64,000 bases of DNA from Desulfobulbaceae bacterium (GTDB lineage: Bacteria; Bacteroidota; Ignavibacteria; Kapaibacteriales; UBA2268), in contig JAGXRP010000058.1 of the NCBI GenBank assembly GCA_018335795.1, positions 11,520 to 75,519 of the forward strand, in the 5' to 3' direction. Of the stretch, positions 30,882 to 41,284 are shown in pieces (position 1 is the first letter of the stretch; each line of letters opens with the position of its first letter). Under the pieces are notes generated by a model that worked only from the letters and a program-made list of their open reading frames with translations, searched no databases and was not told the origin of the DNA. The translations under genes and the position numbers were made by a program.

Positions 30882-32087
30882 ATGAAGAATCGTTTTACGA
30901 TATATATGATGTTGTTACTGTTGCCGATGATTACCATCGGCAACAGTAGCTCATTATTTTCGCAAAATGAAATTAAACCTGCACTTACTAACTTTTATAA
31001 TACAAGACTTTGTGGAACCGAACGTAACAAAGAGATTTTGATATTGATAGAAATTGGTAGTGTTAGTCTTAAGGACTCATTGTACGGATTTGATTTTTCT
31101 GTTGCTTATGACCCAAGCATGATTAAGTTTGAAACTCCAATTTATATTAATACATTGTCCGAATTTTTTGAATGGAAAGACATAAGTTTTGGATTGGATT
31201 ATGGAAAAGTAAAAGGCTATGCTTTAGCTAATTTGCCTTTTGGCGGTAATAAGCCTTTGATTGGTTTTCTGGGTAAATATATACACGACTGTGACGTGGC
31301 AACTCCACTTGTTTTGGAATATCTTGAATTTACGGATGACTTCAAAAAAAGTGTAATTGCATCTGATACTCTTTGGGTAAAGCCTAATATAGTTGAAAAT
31401 CCTGACTATTTTTACAACATCTCTCTTGAAGAAGAAGTATTTGTTTTTGAAAAAGAAGATACTAAATTATTCAGAGCCGAAATTGAATATGTATCAAACG
31501 CCAGTAGTGAAGAATTGGGGTTTGAAATTAGGGTTGATACGGATAATTACTTGATTGAGTCAATCCAACCTATAAATTCTTCATTTGAGATTTTGGAGCA
31601 AAATGTCTTGCAAAATGGATTGAATCTTAAAGTGAAACTGAATATTGAGCTTACTGATAATATTGAATTTTCAATATTATTGCGTGAACTTAGAAAAGAT
31701 TCCAACCAAACTTACAAGCTGGATGTAGTACCTTTACAATTGAGCGAATGTAATTGCGTTTCAATGTATAATGGTGATTTTGTTGAAATAAAAACTGTAA
31801 TAGATGGTCAAGATACCACTGTTTCAGCAATAGATGACAAATATTACTCAAATCATATACAAGTATTGACTGATGATGTTTATATTACTATAGACAATCA
31901 ATCAGCAACGACTATGAAAGCAGTGCATTTATTCAATTATGAAGGTAAATTGGTGAAATCATTTACTGACATAGCTCAGAAGAGATATAGCATTGATAAA
32001 AGCAATCTGACTCCCGGTGTATATTTTTTAAATATACTTATGTCAGATTTGGAATTTGTAAAAAAAACAGTTTTAATATACAATTAG
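30882..32087 (+). CDS. Hypothetical secreted protein, probable T9SS CTD
   Basis: Signal peptide; C-terminal ...LTPGVYFLNI... CTD-like. Confidence 0.5.
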   Translation: MKNRFTIYMMLLLLPMITIGNSSSLFSQNEIKPALTNFYNTRLCGTERNKEILILIEIGSVSLKDSLYGFDFSVAYDPSMIKFETPIYINTLSEFFEWKDISFGLDYGKVKGYALANLPFGGNKPLIGFLGKYIHDCDVATPLVLEYLEFTDDFKKSVIASDTLWVKPNIVENPDYFYNISLEEEVFVFEKEDTKLFRAEIEYVSNASSEELGFEIRVDTDNYLIESIQPINSSFEILEQNVLQNGLNLKVKLNIELTDNIEFSILLRELRKDSNQTYKLDVVPLQLSECNCVSMYNGDFVEIKTVIDGQDTTVSAIDDKYYSNHIQVLTDDVYITIDNQSATTMKAVHLFNYEGKLVKSFTDIAQKRYSIDKSNLTPGVYFLNILMSDLEFVKKTVLIYN

Positions 32088-32103
32088 TTAATTTTCAATT
32101 ATT

Positions 32104-35100
32104 ATGGGGGTTATTATGAAACTCTTACTACGTTTAGGTAAAATCAGAAATGCCTTTTTACTGTCTCTGGTTATTGGTTTTATAGCCTTGACTATTACTG
32201 ATTCTTACTCACAATCTAACCGTCCTGAGATACCGAAATTGAGTTTAATGGGACAAGACGAATCCTATGACACTGATTTCTATCCGGATGGAAGAATTTG
32301 GGTTCCGCCAACCACAACTGGCGCACGAGAATTTTTAGTACCTGTGTTTATCACAAACAACTGGTATAGCTATACTAACGCACAAGGCGTTGCATTGTAT
32401 TCGGTGAATCCGATTACAAGTTTTGAGTTTTCGATTTTCTATAATGGTGAAGCAGTTCGCGCGATTGGCGTCGAAAAGGCACATCCATCATTTGTAAATG
32501 ATTTGGATTATGAACCTTTAGCAAGCACCTTCGAAATAAAAACCGATGACTTCGAAGACGATTATTATTGGTACTACATCAACCCGAATAAATGGAATGA
32601 TGCACGTGACAATGAAAATGGACGTAGGATAAATATTACAGGCGCTTCTGCTAAATATCTTCCTAACACTGATAGACAATTCAAAGAATACAAAGTTATG
32701 TTGTATGTAAGATTTAGAGTTATTGCAACAAGCAAACCCGGAGACCCTGGTTTCCAATTGTTACAAACATCACCTATGTACATTGACAACAGAAAAGTCA
32801 AATACAACGAGATGGATGTTGCTACAGATTTAGCATGGCAACATATGACAGACTATGATATAAATAACTATCGTAATCTTTACAATCGCGTTTTGATAGG
32901 TCCAAACAGAGGTAGATTAGATGGCAATTTGTTTGTTCCCGAATCATACTTAGATGGGTTGAACAATGCTCCAATTTCCGAAGATGATAACAATATACTT
33001 CTTCCGGGTCCATTACAAGATGATGCGATGTGGAAATCCGAACCTGTACTTCCGGGTGTAATTACATTGAAGATTTCTGATGCGGTGCCTAAATTTAGAG
33101 TAGCATCAGTTACAGATGATGAATATGAGTCATTCGATAATGGCAGTCTTTACTATTTGCCTCAGGTTGTCACAGTTGATGATAATTCACCTGAAGTGAT
33201 TGGTATAGCTAGAATTAAAATCACTAACAGTACAACCAAATCAAGACTTAATAATATTCGTATCGAAACTGATAACGATTGGTTAAGATTGAATACAGAT
33301 GAGCTTAATCAAAATAGAACTCTACGTACTAGACCTCGTGACGCTAATGCAAAATGGCTTGATAATGGGATTTTAGGTTTTGAATTAGATCCTATACTCA
33401 AAACTACACAAGACGATGGTGATATTTTCTTAAGAATATCGGCTGACCCAAAAAGATTGACAAATAAAGGTGATGAACCTTGGGGACTTCATGAAGGTTT
33501 TGTAACTATCCATTCCGATTATTCAATCGTAAGTCCGGTAAGGGTTAGAGTATTATTCTACTTCTTGGCAAATCCGTTTGAACCTTCATTAACTAAGACT
33601 TCTCCTGGTGGTATTAACCTAAAAGTTACTAATTCTCAAGGTGCAGCAGGTACGTCTTTAAATATGGTATTCGGTACTGGCAATAGAGCTACTGACGGTG
33701 TTGATTTACTTTATGGTGAAAGAGCTTATACATTTCCTTTGTCAGCATCTAACTTTGATGTTCGTTTCTTCCCATTCCCTGCTAATCCTGCAATTCCTTA
33801 TGGTTTTGGAGATTTTGCACCTAACGTAAATGGACCAAGAACTATTTCACGTGACATCAGAAATCACAATATGCCTGATAGTATTAACTCTTATATTTAT
33901 CTTGCTCGTTTCAACAATGCTGCTGCGGATTATCCGATTATTGTTGAATGGGATACTCGTGACTTCCCCGATGGAGCACAATTGTTTATTCGTTCGGTTC
34001 TTCAAGGTGAATTGTTACCGGCTACTGATATGAGATCGGCTACTTCTACAGGCGATTTTACACGTGCGTTTACAATTCAAGACCCAAGAGTCAAAGAATT
34101 TAGAATTGAATATACTTTACCAAGTGCTATTGATTTTCTTGATTCAGAAGGCAATCCTATCATCAAATATGGTTGGAATTTGCTTTCGATGCCTTTGAAA
34201 CCAACTAACAGCAAATGGGATGTCGTTTACAAAAACGCAATTAATATCCCTTATGCTTTTGTTAATACTCAATATCAACCAAGAGAAATTTTGAAATTTG
34301 GTGAAGGATATTTTGTAAAATATCCCAAAACTGTTGATACAAAATTTGCAGGTGCTTTTGTTACCCAAATTGGTGCTCCTGTTGATCAAATTCGTGTATT
34401 TGGTGGCGACGCTCCAGATCCGGGTGACCAACAATACAGAGGTGGTTGGAATCTAATTGGTGCTCTTTCGGTAGAAACAAGCACTGATGGAATATTATTC
34501 ACTCCAACACCTGACGGTTCTTTACCTAATACTGATTATACGAAACGTTATGATGTTTGGGGTTACAGAACTGACTTAGGCTACCATGCAGTTTCTATTT
34601 TAACTCCCGGCTTTGGATATTGGATTAAAACTTCAGGCGATGGTTTCCTTAGATTGATTGAAACACCAAATAATAAAGTAATCGGTGGTAGTTCAGCTCA
34701 ATTAACAAAACAAAACATTCTTGACAAATCACAAATGATTAGTGTTCGTGATAATGCACAGAAATCTACTCAATTATACATATCGAATAATTCCAATTTG
34801 GAAGTTGACAATTTTGAATTGCCACCAACTCCTCCGTTAGGTCTGTTTGATGTTAGATTTAAAGATAATAGTTACTTGACCAATGCATTGGAAAATGTAA
34901 TAACTCTTCAAGGTGCTACATATCCGGTATCATTCACAGTTAACAACGCAGAAACTAATTTGACATTTATTGACCCTGTAACAGGAGAGGTTTATGGTAC
35001 AATCGAAGCCGGTAAATCAGGTTCGGTCCAAATTAGAAATCTTCCGTTTAACTCTGTGAAAATCATGAAGCCAACAAGTAGTGATATCAGTTCATTTGAA

Positions 35101-35349
35101 TTTAGTACTTATCCTAATCCTGCTACTCATAATGCTACAATGACTATTAATTTACCTGAAAGCGGTAACGTCGTTGTTGGATTATATGATGCATTAGGTA
35201 ATCAAGTTGCTGTTTTATTGAACCAAGAAATTGCTGCCGGTCAATACATTCACAATGTTGATTTGACTGCTTATGCTTCAGGAAGCTACACTTTGAAAAT
35301 TGTAGCAGGTCAATTTAGCACAGCTGCCAAATTGAACATCGTGAAATAA
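32104..35349 (+). CDS. Large secreted protein (1081 aa) with T9SS C-terminal sorting domain
   Basis: TM/signal N-terminus; C-terminal YPNPATHNATMTINLPESGNVVVGLYDALGNQV...GSYTLKIV. Confidence 0.65.
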   Translation: MGVIMKLLLRLGKIRNAFLLSLVIGFIALTITDSYSQSNRPEIPKLSLMGQDESYDTDFYPDGRIWVPPTTTGAREFLVPVFITNNWYSYTNAQGVALYSVNPITSFEFSIFYNGEAVRAIGVEKAHPSFVNDLDYEPLASTFEIKTDDFEDDYYWYYINPNKWNDARDNENGRRINITGASAKYLPNTDRQFKEYKVMLYVRFRVIATSKPGDPGFQLLQTSPMYIDNRKVKYNEMDVATDLAWQHMTDYDINNYRNLYNRVLIGPNRGRLDGNLFVPESYLDGLNNAPISEDDNNILLPGPLQDDAMWKSEPVLPGVITLKISDAVPKFRVASVTDDEYESFDNGSLYYLPQVVTVDDNSPEVIGIARIKITNSTTKSRLNNIRIETDNDWLRLNTDELNQNRTLRTRPRDANAKWLDNGILGFELDPILKTTQDDGDIFLRISADPKRLTNKGDEPWGLHEGFVTIHSDYSIVSPVRVRVLFYFLANPFEPSLTKTSPGGINLKVTNSQGAAGTSLNMVFGTGNRATDGVDLLYGERAYTFPLSASNFDVRFFPFPANPAIPYGFGDFAPNVNGPRTISRDIRNHNMPDSINSYIYLARFNNAAADYPIIVEWDTRDFPDGAQLFIRSVLQGELLPATDMRSATSTGDFTRAFTIQDPRVKEFRIEYTLPSAIDFLDSEGNPIIKYGWNLLSMPLKPTNSKWDVVYKNAINIPYAFVNTQYQPREILKFGEGYFVKYPKTVDTKFAGAFVTQIGAPVDQIRVFGGDAPDPGDQQYRGGWNLIGALSVETSTDGILFTPTPDGSLPNTDYTKRYDVWGYRTDLGYHAVSILTPGFGYWIKTSGDGFLRLIETPNNKVIGGSSAQLTKQNILDKSQMISVRDNAQKSTQLYISNNSNLEVDNFELPPTPPLGLFDVRFKDNSYLTNALENVITLQGATYPVSFTVNNAETNLTFIDPVTGEVYGTIEAGKSGSVQIRNLPFNSVKIMKPTSSDISSFEFSTYPNPATHNATMTINLPESGNVVVGLYDALGNQVAVLLNQEIAAGQYIHNVDLTAYASGSYTLKIVAGQFSTAAKLNIVK

Positions 35350-35371
35350 TAAGTATTCATGCTTTTAATAT

Positions 35372-35406
35372 GGGCAACCGGATTTATCCTGTTGCCCTTT
35401 TATTTT
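35372..35406 (+). terminator. Rho-independent terminator
   Basis: GGGCAAC-cggatttatcct-GTTGCCC followed by TTTTATTTT. Confidence 0.7.
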
Positions 35407-35411
35407 AAATA

Positions 35412-36188
35412 TTGGAATTGGATATGAAAAAGTATATTATCTTAATCTTACTATTCATATTATTAGCTGAAAATTTGAAATCTCAAGTTCATTCAGTTAC
35501 TAATTTGAACATTACGAACGACCGTGGAGCTAAACTCAGTTGGAATTACGGGTTTGGTGCATCGCATATGGCAACCGACGGAGTTGATAAAGAATTAGGC
35601 GAATTTGATTTGCCGCCTGCTCCACCCGAGGGTTTATATGTGTATTTTGAATATATCTACAACAGAGATGGAATGGATGAAATCATTTCCACTAATATGG
35701 ACATTAAGGCTGTTCCTGATGAAGAACATTTTTATATTAAGCATAAATTGAATATAAAATGGGGATTTTCTAAGGAAGTTTATATAAAATGGAATAATCT
35801 TTCTTTTTCGGCACATGTTGATTCTGTCTTTATCAAAGACCCATTTGATGGGCAATTCATCAAAGCTGATATGAAGCAAAAGGATTCGATTTTACTCCGG
35901 AATAGTGCATTTACCGTCTTCTACATTCATGTTTATTATTCTAAAAATCCTGCAAGTATCGTTGATGGTTATGAAAATCTAAAAGACTATCAAGTATTTC
36001 CTAATCCTGTTGATGATATTTTATCTATAGGAAAAAAGGATTTTAACGATTTAATCGTTTACTCAAGTGATGGCAGAATGATTGCACGTTTTGAGAAGAA
36101 TGAATTGATTTCACTCAAACATCTACAAACAGGAATTTATTTTTATTTAATTGATGGTATTCATTACGGAAAATTTATAAAACAATAA
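35412..36188 (+). CDS. Small secreted protein with T9SS CTD
   Basis: Signal peptide; C-terminal FPNPVDDILSI...GIYFYLI. Confidence 0.55.
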   Translation: MELDMKKYIILILLFILLAENLKSQVHSVTNLNITNDRGAKLSWNYGFGASHMATDGVDKELGEFDLPPAPPEGLYVYFEYIYNRDGMDEIISTNMDIKAVPDEEHFYIKHKLNIKWGFSKEVYIKWNNLSFSAHVDSVFIKDPFDGQFIKADMKQKDSILLRNSAFTVFYIHVYYSKNPASIVDGYENLKDYQVFPNPVDDILSIGKKDFNDLIVYSSDGRMIARFEKNELISLKHLQTGIYFYLIDGIHYGKFIKQ

Positions 36189-36194
36189 GTCCAA

Positions 36195-37268
36195 ATGGCT
36201 GACAAAACCGAAGAAACTAAGACAAAACCAAAGGATATCTCGGGCATTCCGATTGCTTCTGAACCGATTGCAAAGAAAAAGAAAGGCTACGGGAACCGTG
36301 AAAATGCTCCAAATAATAATGCCGATAAAGACATTCTAATGTCTGTAGTTATTCCATTATTAGACGAAGAAGAGTCTTTGCCTGAATTATCTACTATGCT
36401 CGAATCTGAATTACGCAAAATAGCCGGGAGTAGATGGGAAGTCATTTTTATTGATGATGGCTCTAAAGATAAATCTTTCGCGGTTATCAAGGAAATTAAC
36501 GCTCGAAACAAGAGATTCAAATGCATCAGATTCAGACGCAATTATGGCAAATCTGCCGCTCTTGCTGTTGGTTTCAGACAGGCCCGCGGCAAATATGTCG
36601 CAACTATGGATGCCGATTTGCAAGACGACCCTAAGGAACTTGTGAATTTGCTTAATAAAATGAAGGAAGGCTACGATTTAGTGTCGGGTTGGAAAAAGAA
36701 ACGTTACGACCCAATATCTAAAACAATACCTTCTAAGTTTTTTAATTTTGTCACTTCGATTGCAAGTGGAATCAAATTGCACGACTTTAATTGTGGCTTG
36801 AAATTATATAGGCGTGAAGTTGTCAAAACGGTCAATGTTTATGGCGAAATGCACCGTTACATTCCCGCATTAGCACATTGGGAAGGTTTCAAGGTCACAG
36901 AATTGCCCGTTAGTCATCACCCCAGGCAATATGGCAAAACAAAATTCGGTTTGTCGAGATTTGTCAACGGTTTTTTAGATTTGCTGACTGTCTTGCTTAC
37001 TACTCGATATATGAAGCGACCACTTCATTTCTTCGGAGCTACAGGCTCTTTGATTGCGATGCTTGGGCTTTGTATCAATATATATTTGACAATTGAATGG
37101 GTCTTGGGCAATACTTATCTTAGTAATCGTCCATTGGCTTTGTTTGGAATCGGTATGATAATTGTAGGTGTTCAATTCATATCAATAGGCTTGATTGCGG
37201 AAATAATAACCAAAGGTATGAACGAATCTCAGTCAATTAACTATAGTATTAAAGAAAAAATTTTATAA
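36195..37268 (+). CDS. GT2 polyprenyl-phosphate glycosyltransferase (ArnC/GtrB/DPM1-like) with C-terminal TM helices; true start probably internal Met at ~36339
   Basis: VVIPLLDEEESL, FIDDGSKD, NYGKSAALAVG, DADLQDDP motifs; two C-terminal TM segments. Confidence 0.8.
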   Translation: MADKTEETKTKPKDISGIPIASEPIAKKKKGYGNRENAPNNNADKDILMSVVIPLLDEEESLPELSTMLESELRKIAGSRWEVIFIDDGSKDKSFAVIKEINARNKRFKCIRFRRNYGKSAALAVGFRQARGKYVATMDADLQDDPKELVNLLNKMKEGYDLVSGWKKKRYDPISKTIPSKFFNFVTSIASGIKLHDFNCGLKLYRREVVKTVNVYGEMHRYIPALAHWEGFKVTELPVSHHPRQYGKTKFGLSRFVNGFLDLLTVLLTTRYMKRPLHFFGATGSLIAMLGLCINIYLTIEWVLGNTYLSNRPLALFGIGMIIVGVQFISIGLIAEIITKGMNESQSINYSIKEKIL

Positions 37269-37335
37269 GTGTAACAAACTGCAATTTTGATTGTCTATAC
37301 TTAATATATAGAACAAATACTTAAAAAGGGGAAAA

Positions 37336-38079
37336 ATGTTAAAAAACATACTCACACTAATCGCAATACTTTTATTGACGGTCTCAATTTCTGAGGCGCA
37401 ATTCCCAAGCGGATTAAAAATTGCGACCGGATTGACAACCACTTCGCTTTTGGGTGATAACCCTGCAAAACTGCCGATGGTGCCGATGACTGATGAGGAA
37501 GATGCAGTTACAGGTGGTGCTTTAACTCATGCTCAACCGGGATTTGAATTTAGGTTAATTATGCCTGTTGATGATGAACAAACATATTATGTCCCATTAA
37601 GTTTTGAATACGCTTTCTTTACAGGTCGTGAACGTATAAATACAAGTCAATTTATTGTGGATATCTGGACTCATTCTTTAGATGTAATTAGCTTAAGTAC
37701 CGGATTGAACATGAATTTCTATAAGATGGACTTTGCAAATGCTCAAATTTATGCCGGAATTGAAGGGCGTGTTTCTTTCATCGGTAATATTGATACTCGT
37801 GCAGAACGTGATTATCTTGAAAATTTACTTGAGGATGAAACATGGATTGTGCCTCCGAAAGAAAATGCGACCAGAATTGGCGGAACTCTTAGATTAGGTG
37901 TAGAAGGGAAACTACGTGATGTATTTCACGTTAATGCAGGTTTTGCTTTTTCTGCAATGAATTTAATTGGAAAAGATAATGAAAGAGGCGAGTTATTTAC
38001 ACCTATTAAAGTTTTGGAAGTTAAAGAATCTACAGTGACTACATTCCAAGTATTTATTCTTCTTCAATTTAATATTTAA
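37336..38079 (+). CDS. Putative outer-membrane beta-barrel protein
   Basis: Signal peptide; alternating amphipathic strands; C-terminal ...FQVFILLQFNI. Confidence 0.4.
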   Translation: MLKNILTLIAILLLTVSISEAQFPSGLKIATGLTTTSLLGDNPAKLPMVPMTDEEDAVTGGALTHAQPGFEFRLIMPVDDEQTYYVPLSFEYAFFTGRERINTSQFIVDIWTHSLDVISLSTGLNMNFYKMDFANAQIYAGIEGRVSFIGNIDTRAERDYLENLLEDETWIVPPKENATRIGGTLRLGVEGKLRDVFHVNAGFAFSAMNLIGKDNERGELFTPIKVLEVKESTVTTFQVFILLQFNI

Positions 38080-38081
38080 AA

Positions 38082-39158
38082 ATGAATTTGACAATTTACA
38101 AAAGTGATTGTAAGCATTTCCTTGGCTACATTCCTTGCAAACCCCACAAACTCTACGGTGTTCATTGTGACGAATGCGAACACTATTCAAAAGTCGAAGG
38201 AAATATACTCATAATCAAACTCGGAGCAATTGGCGACGTAATTCGCACTACTCCTTTATTGCACAGATTATGGGCTGAATTCCCCAATCATCGTATTTGG
38301 TGGCTCACTTACAGCCCCGATATTATTCCGGCTTCTGTGGACAGAGTGCTGAACTTTGATGCGGAATCTGTCGAAATTTTGAAATCGATTAAATTTGATT
38401 TATTAATCAATTTGGATAAGGACTTGCAGGCTTGTGCTCTTGCTTCATCTGTCCAATCTACCGTCAAACGCGGCTTCATTATGGGTAATGCTGTCCCGGC
38501 ACCAATTGATGAATTAGCACAAGGTAAATTCCTCACAGGACTTTTCGATGACGTCAGTAAAGCAAATACCAAGTCCTACTTAGAAGAAATATTCGAAATA
38601 TGCGGCTGGAAGTTCGCTGGTGAAGAGTATATCATGGATTGCGACCCAACAGTCAAATGGGAATTGCACAACCAAGGTAAGCCCGTTATCGGCTTAAATA
38701 CGGGCTGTGGAGCCCGCTGGGTTTCGCGATTGTGGTCTGATGCTAATTGGGTCGCTCTCATCGAAAAACTTCAAGATGCAGGGTATTTCCCATTATTACT
38801 TGGCGGCAAGCAAGAACACGAAAAGAACGAATTCTTTGCTTCAAAAACTAATTGTGCCTATCTCGGATATTTTTCTTTGCCGAATTTCATTTCCTTAGTC
38901 AACCATTGCGATACGGTCGTTTCGGCGGTGACTATGGGCATGCACATTGCTATGGGGCTCAAAAAGAACCTCGTTTTGATGAATAATATTTTCAATCCCG
39001 CTGAATTCGAATTATACGGTAGAGGCGAAATCGTTATGCCCTCGAAGCCTTGCGAATGTTATTTCAGCCCGAAATGTAAAAATACTGAATATTTTTGCAT
39101 GGATTATTTATCCGTTGATGCCATATTTCAAGCCGTCCGCCGTACTATTAACTCCTAA
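38082..39158 (+). CDS. GT9 glycosyltransferase (LPS heptosyltransferase family) with Cys-rich N-terminal extension
   Basis: ILIIKLGAIGDVIRTTPL signature of GT9; C-terminal donor-binding region. Confidence 0.7.
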   Translation: MNLTIYKSDCKHFLGYIPCKPHKLYGVHCDECEHYSKVEGNILIIKLGAIGDVIRTTPLLHRLWAEFPNHRIWWLTYSPDIIPASVDRVLNFDAESVEILKSIKFDLLINLDKDLQACALASSVQSTVKRGFIMGNAVPAPIDELAQGKFLTGLFDDVSKANTKSYLEEIFEICGWKFAGEEYIMDCDPTVKWELHNQGKPVIGLNTGCGARWVSRLWSDANWVALIEKLQDAGYFPLLLGGKQEHEKNEFFASKTNCAYLGYFSLPNFISLVNHCDTVVSAVTMGMHIAMGLKKNLVLMNNIFNPAEFELYGRGEIVMPSKPCECYFSPKCKNTEYFCMDYLSVDAIFQAVRRTINS

Positions 39159-39186
39159 AAGCTCTAAATAACATAATTGGATTTTA

Positions 39187-40614
39187 ATGCCTTCTAAAAG
39201 AAAAAAAGATATAATCATAAGGGATTTGAGCATCGAAGCGATCGGATTCGAAGGTGTCGCTGTTGGGCGACACGAAGAAATCGTTTGTTTTGTCAAGGGT
39301 GCTGTTCCCGGTGATGTGATTGATGCTAAAGTCAAACGCAAAAAGAAAAAATATTACGAATGTCGCGTGGAGCAAATCCACGAATTTTCAGCTGATAGGG
39401 TCGAACCACCATGCAGTCATTTTGGTGTTTGCGGAGGATGCACTTGGCAACAACTTGATTATGACAAACAACTGTTTTGGAAACGCCGTAATATTGAGGA
39501 TTTATTCCGCAGAATAGCAAAAATCGAAGTTGGTGAATATTTACCTTATCTATTCTCCGAATACAAGTACGGCTATCGTAACAAAATGGAATTTTCCTTT
39601 TCGGCTAACAGATGGCTTACTGATGAGGAAATCGCAAAGGATGATGAAATTTCCGACAAATATTTCGCTTTGGGCTTGCATTTACCCGGTAGATTTGATA
39701 AAATTCTGAATATCGAAAATTGCTATTTGCAACAAAATGCTGCAAATATTATATTAAATGAGGTAAGAACGCAAGGTTATGCTGTCGGTATGAGCGCCTA
39801 TCACGTCACAAAACACCATGGTTTCCTGCGACATCTTACAATTCGTTATTCATTAGCACAAGATGCTTTCATGGTAATTTTGACTACGGCTGAAATTACA
39901 AATGATTCCGAAATGAAGTTTGTGAATGATATCTGCCGGCGTTTAATCGAAATCATCCCCAATATGAAATCTTTTGTTCATGCTCTCAATATTTCTCATA
40001 ATGCTGTAATGATAGATTCCTACAAGATTCTTCATGGTGATGAATATCTTGTAGAATCAGTTTGTGGTGTGGATTTCCGAATCTCACCATTTTCATTTTT
40101 CCAAACAAATTCATATATGCTGAATCCTTTCATCGGCAAAATCGTCGAATCGGCTGCAATTCGCCCCGACGATATTGTTTGGGATTTATATTGCGGAACA
40201 GGCTCAATTTCATTGCCGGCATCAAAATCGGCAAAATCAGTTTTTGGCTTGGAATTATCCGAATCATCTATTGCAGACGCTAAAGCTAATGCGGAATTCA
40301 ACGGAATTGAAAATTGCGTCTTCTCGGTAATTGATTTACATGGCAAAAATGCGACTGAGTCTATTTCTCAATTGCCGTCGCCGGATGTTATCATCGTTGA
40401 CCCGCCACGAGCCGGAATAGCACAAAATATTATCGATATTTTGCTCAACAGCGATTGCAGAAGAATTGTTTATGTAAGTTGCAATCCCGCGACTCAAGCT
40501 CGAGACTGTGCCTTGCTAACAGAAAAATACAAAGTAACTTCAATTTTGCCTGTTGATATGTTTCCTCAAACTTATCATATTGAATCAATCGCAATTTTAG
40601 ACCGAATTCAATGA
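39187..40614 (+). CDS. rlmD: 23S rRNA (uracil-C5)-methyltransferase RlmD (TRAM + 4Fe-4S + SAM MTase)
   Basis: TRAM domain; CSHFGVCGGCTWQ cluster; FFQTN; DLYCGTGSISL. Confidence 0.8.
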   Translation: MPSKRKKDIIIRDLSIEAIGFEGVAVGRHEEIVCFVKGAVPGDVIDAKVKRKKKKYYECRVEQIHEFSADRVEPPCSHFGVCGGCTWQQLDYDKQLFWKRRNIEDLFRRIAKIEVGEYLPYLFSEYKYGYRNKMEFSFSANRWLTDEEIAKDDEISDKYFALGLHLPGRFDKILNIENCYLQQNAANIILNEVRTQGYAVGMSAYHVTKHHGFLRHLTIRYSLAQDAFMVILTTAEITNDSEMKFVNDICRRLIEIIPNMKSFVHALNISHNAVMIDSYKILHGDEYLVESVCGVDFRISPFSFFQTNSYMLNPFIGKIVESAAIRPDDIVWDLYCGTGSISLPASKSAKSVFGLELSESSIADAKANAEFNGIENCVFSVIDLHGKNATESISQLPSPDVIIVDPPRAGIAQNIIDILLNSDCRRIVYVSCNPATQARDCALLTEKYKVTSILPVDMFPQTYHIESIAILDRIQ

Positions 40615-41282
40615 AAGGGCTAAGCAAATATAATTTCAATGTTTCGGAAATCTTCTATTCGATTCAAGGTGAAGGCACCCGCGCCGGCTTGCCATGTGTT
40701 TTCGTTCGATTGCAAGGATGCAGATTGCGATGTTCGTGGTGCGATACTCCTTATGCTCTCGAAATTAATCAAACTGAAACTTTGATGAACGGTGCTGAAA
40801 TTATTGAGAAAATCAAATCTTATGATTGCCATTTTGTCGAATTCACCGGTGGTGAACCTTTTGAACAAGCTGAAATTCATCAAGTGATGAAACATTTAGT
40901 TGACTTAGGATTTGTAGTAGCAGTTGAAACTTCGGGCTATATTGATTTGGCGTTTGCAGACAAGAGAATTATCAAAATATTAGATGTCAAATGCCCGGGT
41001 TCGGGGATGTCTAAGAAAAATAAATACGAAAATTTCGAATATTTGACTAAAATTGATGAAGTTAAATTCGTGATTGCCGATAGGGCAGACTATGACTTTG
41101 CAAAAGGTATTTGTGACAAATATTCACTCGGAAGCAAATGCGATTCAATTCTATTTTCGCCTGTTTTTGGCAAATTGGATAATTTACAATTAGCTGAATG
41201 GATTTTGGCAGACCGATTAAATGTCAGGATGCAAGTTCAGATGCACAAATACATTTGGCATCCCGATAAACGTGGCGTTTAG
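40611..41282 (+). CDS. queE: 7-carboxy-7-deazaguanine synthase (radical SAM)
   Basis: IFYSIQGEGTRAGLPCVFVRLQGCRLRCSWCDTPYA; overlaps rlmD stop by 4 nt. Confidence 0.85.
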   Translation: MKGLSKYNFNVSEIFYSIQGEGTRAGLPCVFVRLQGCRLRCSWCDTPYALEINQTETLMNGAEIIEKIKSYDCHFVEFTGGEPFEQAEIHQVMKHLVDLGFVVAVETSGYIDLAFADKRIIKILDVKCPGSGMSKKNKYENFEYLTKIDEVKFVIADRADYDFAKGICDKYSLGSKCDSILFSPVFGKLDNLQLAEWILADRLNVRMQVQMHKYIWHPDKRGV

Positions 41283-41284
41283 AC

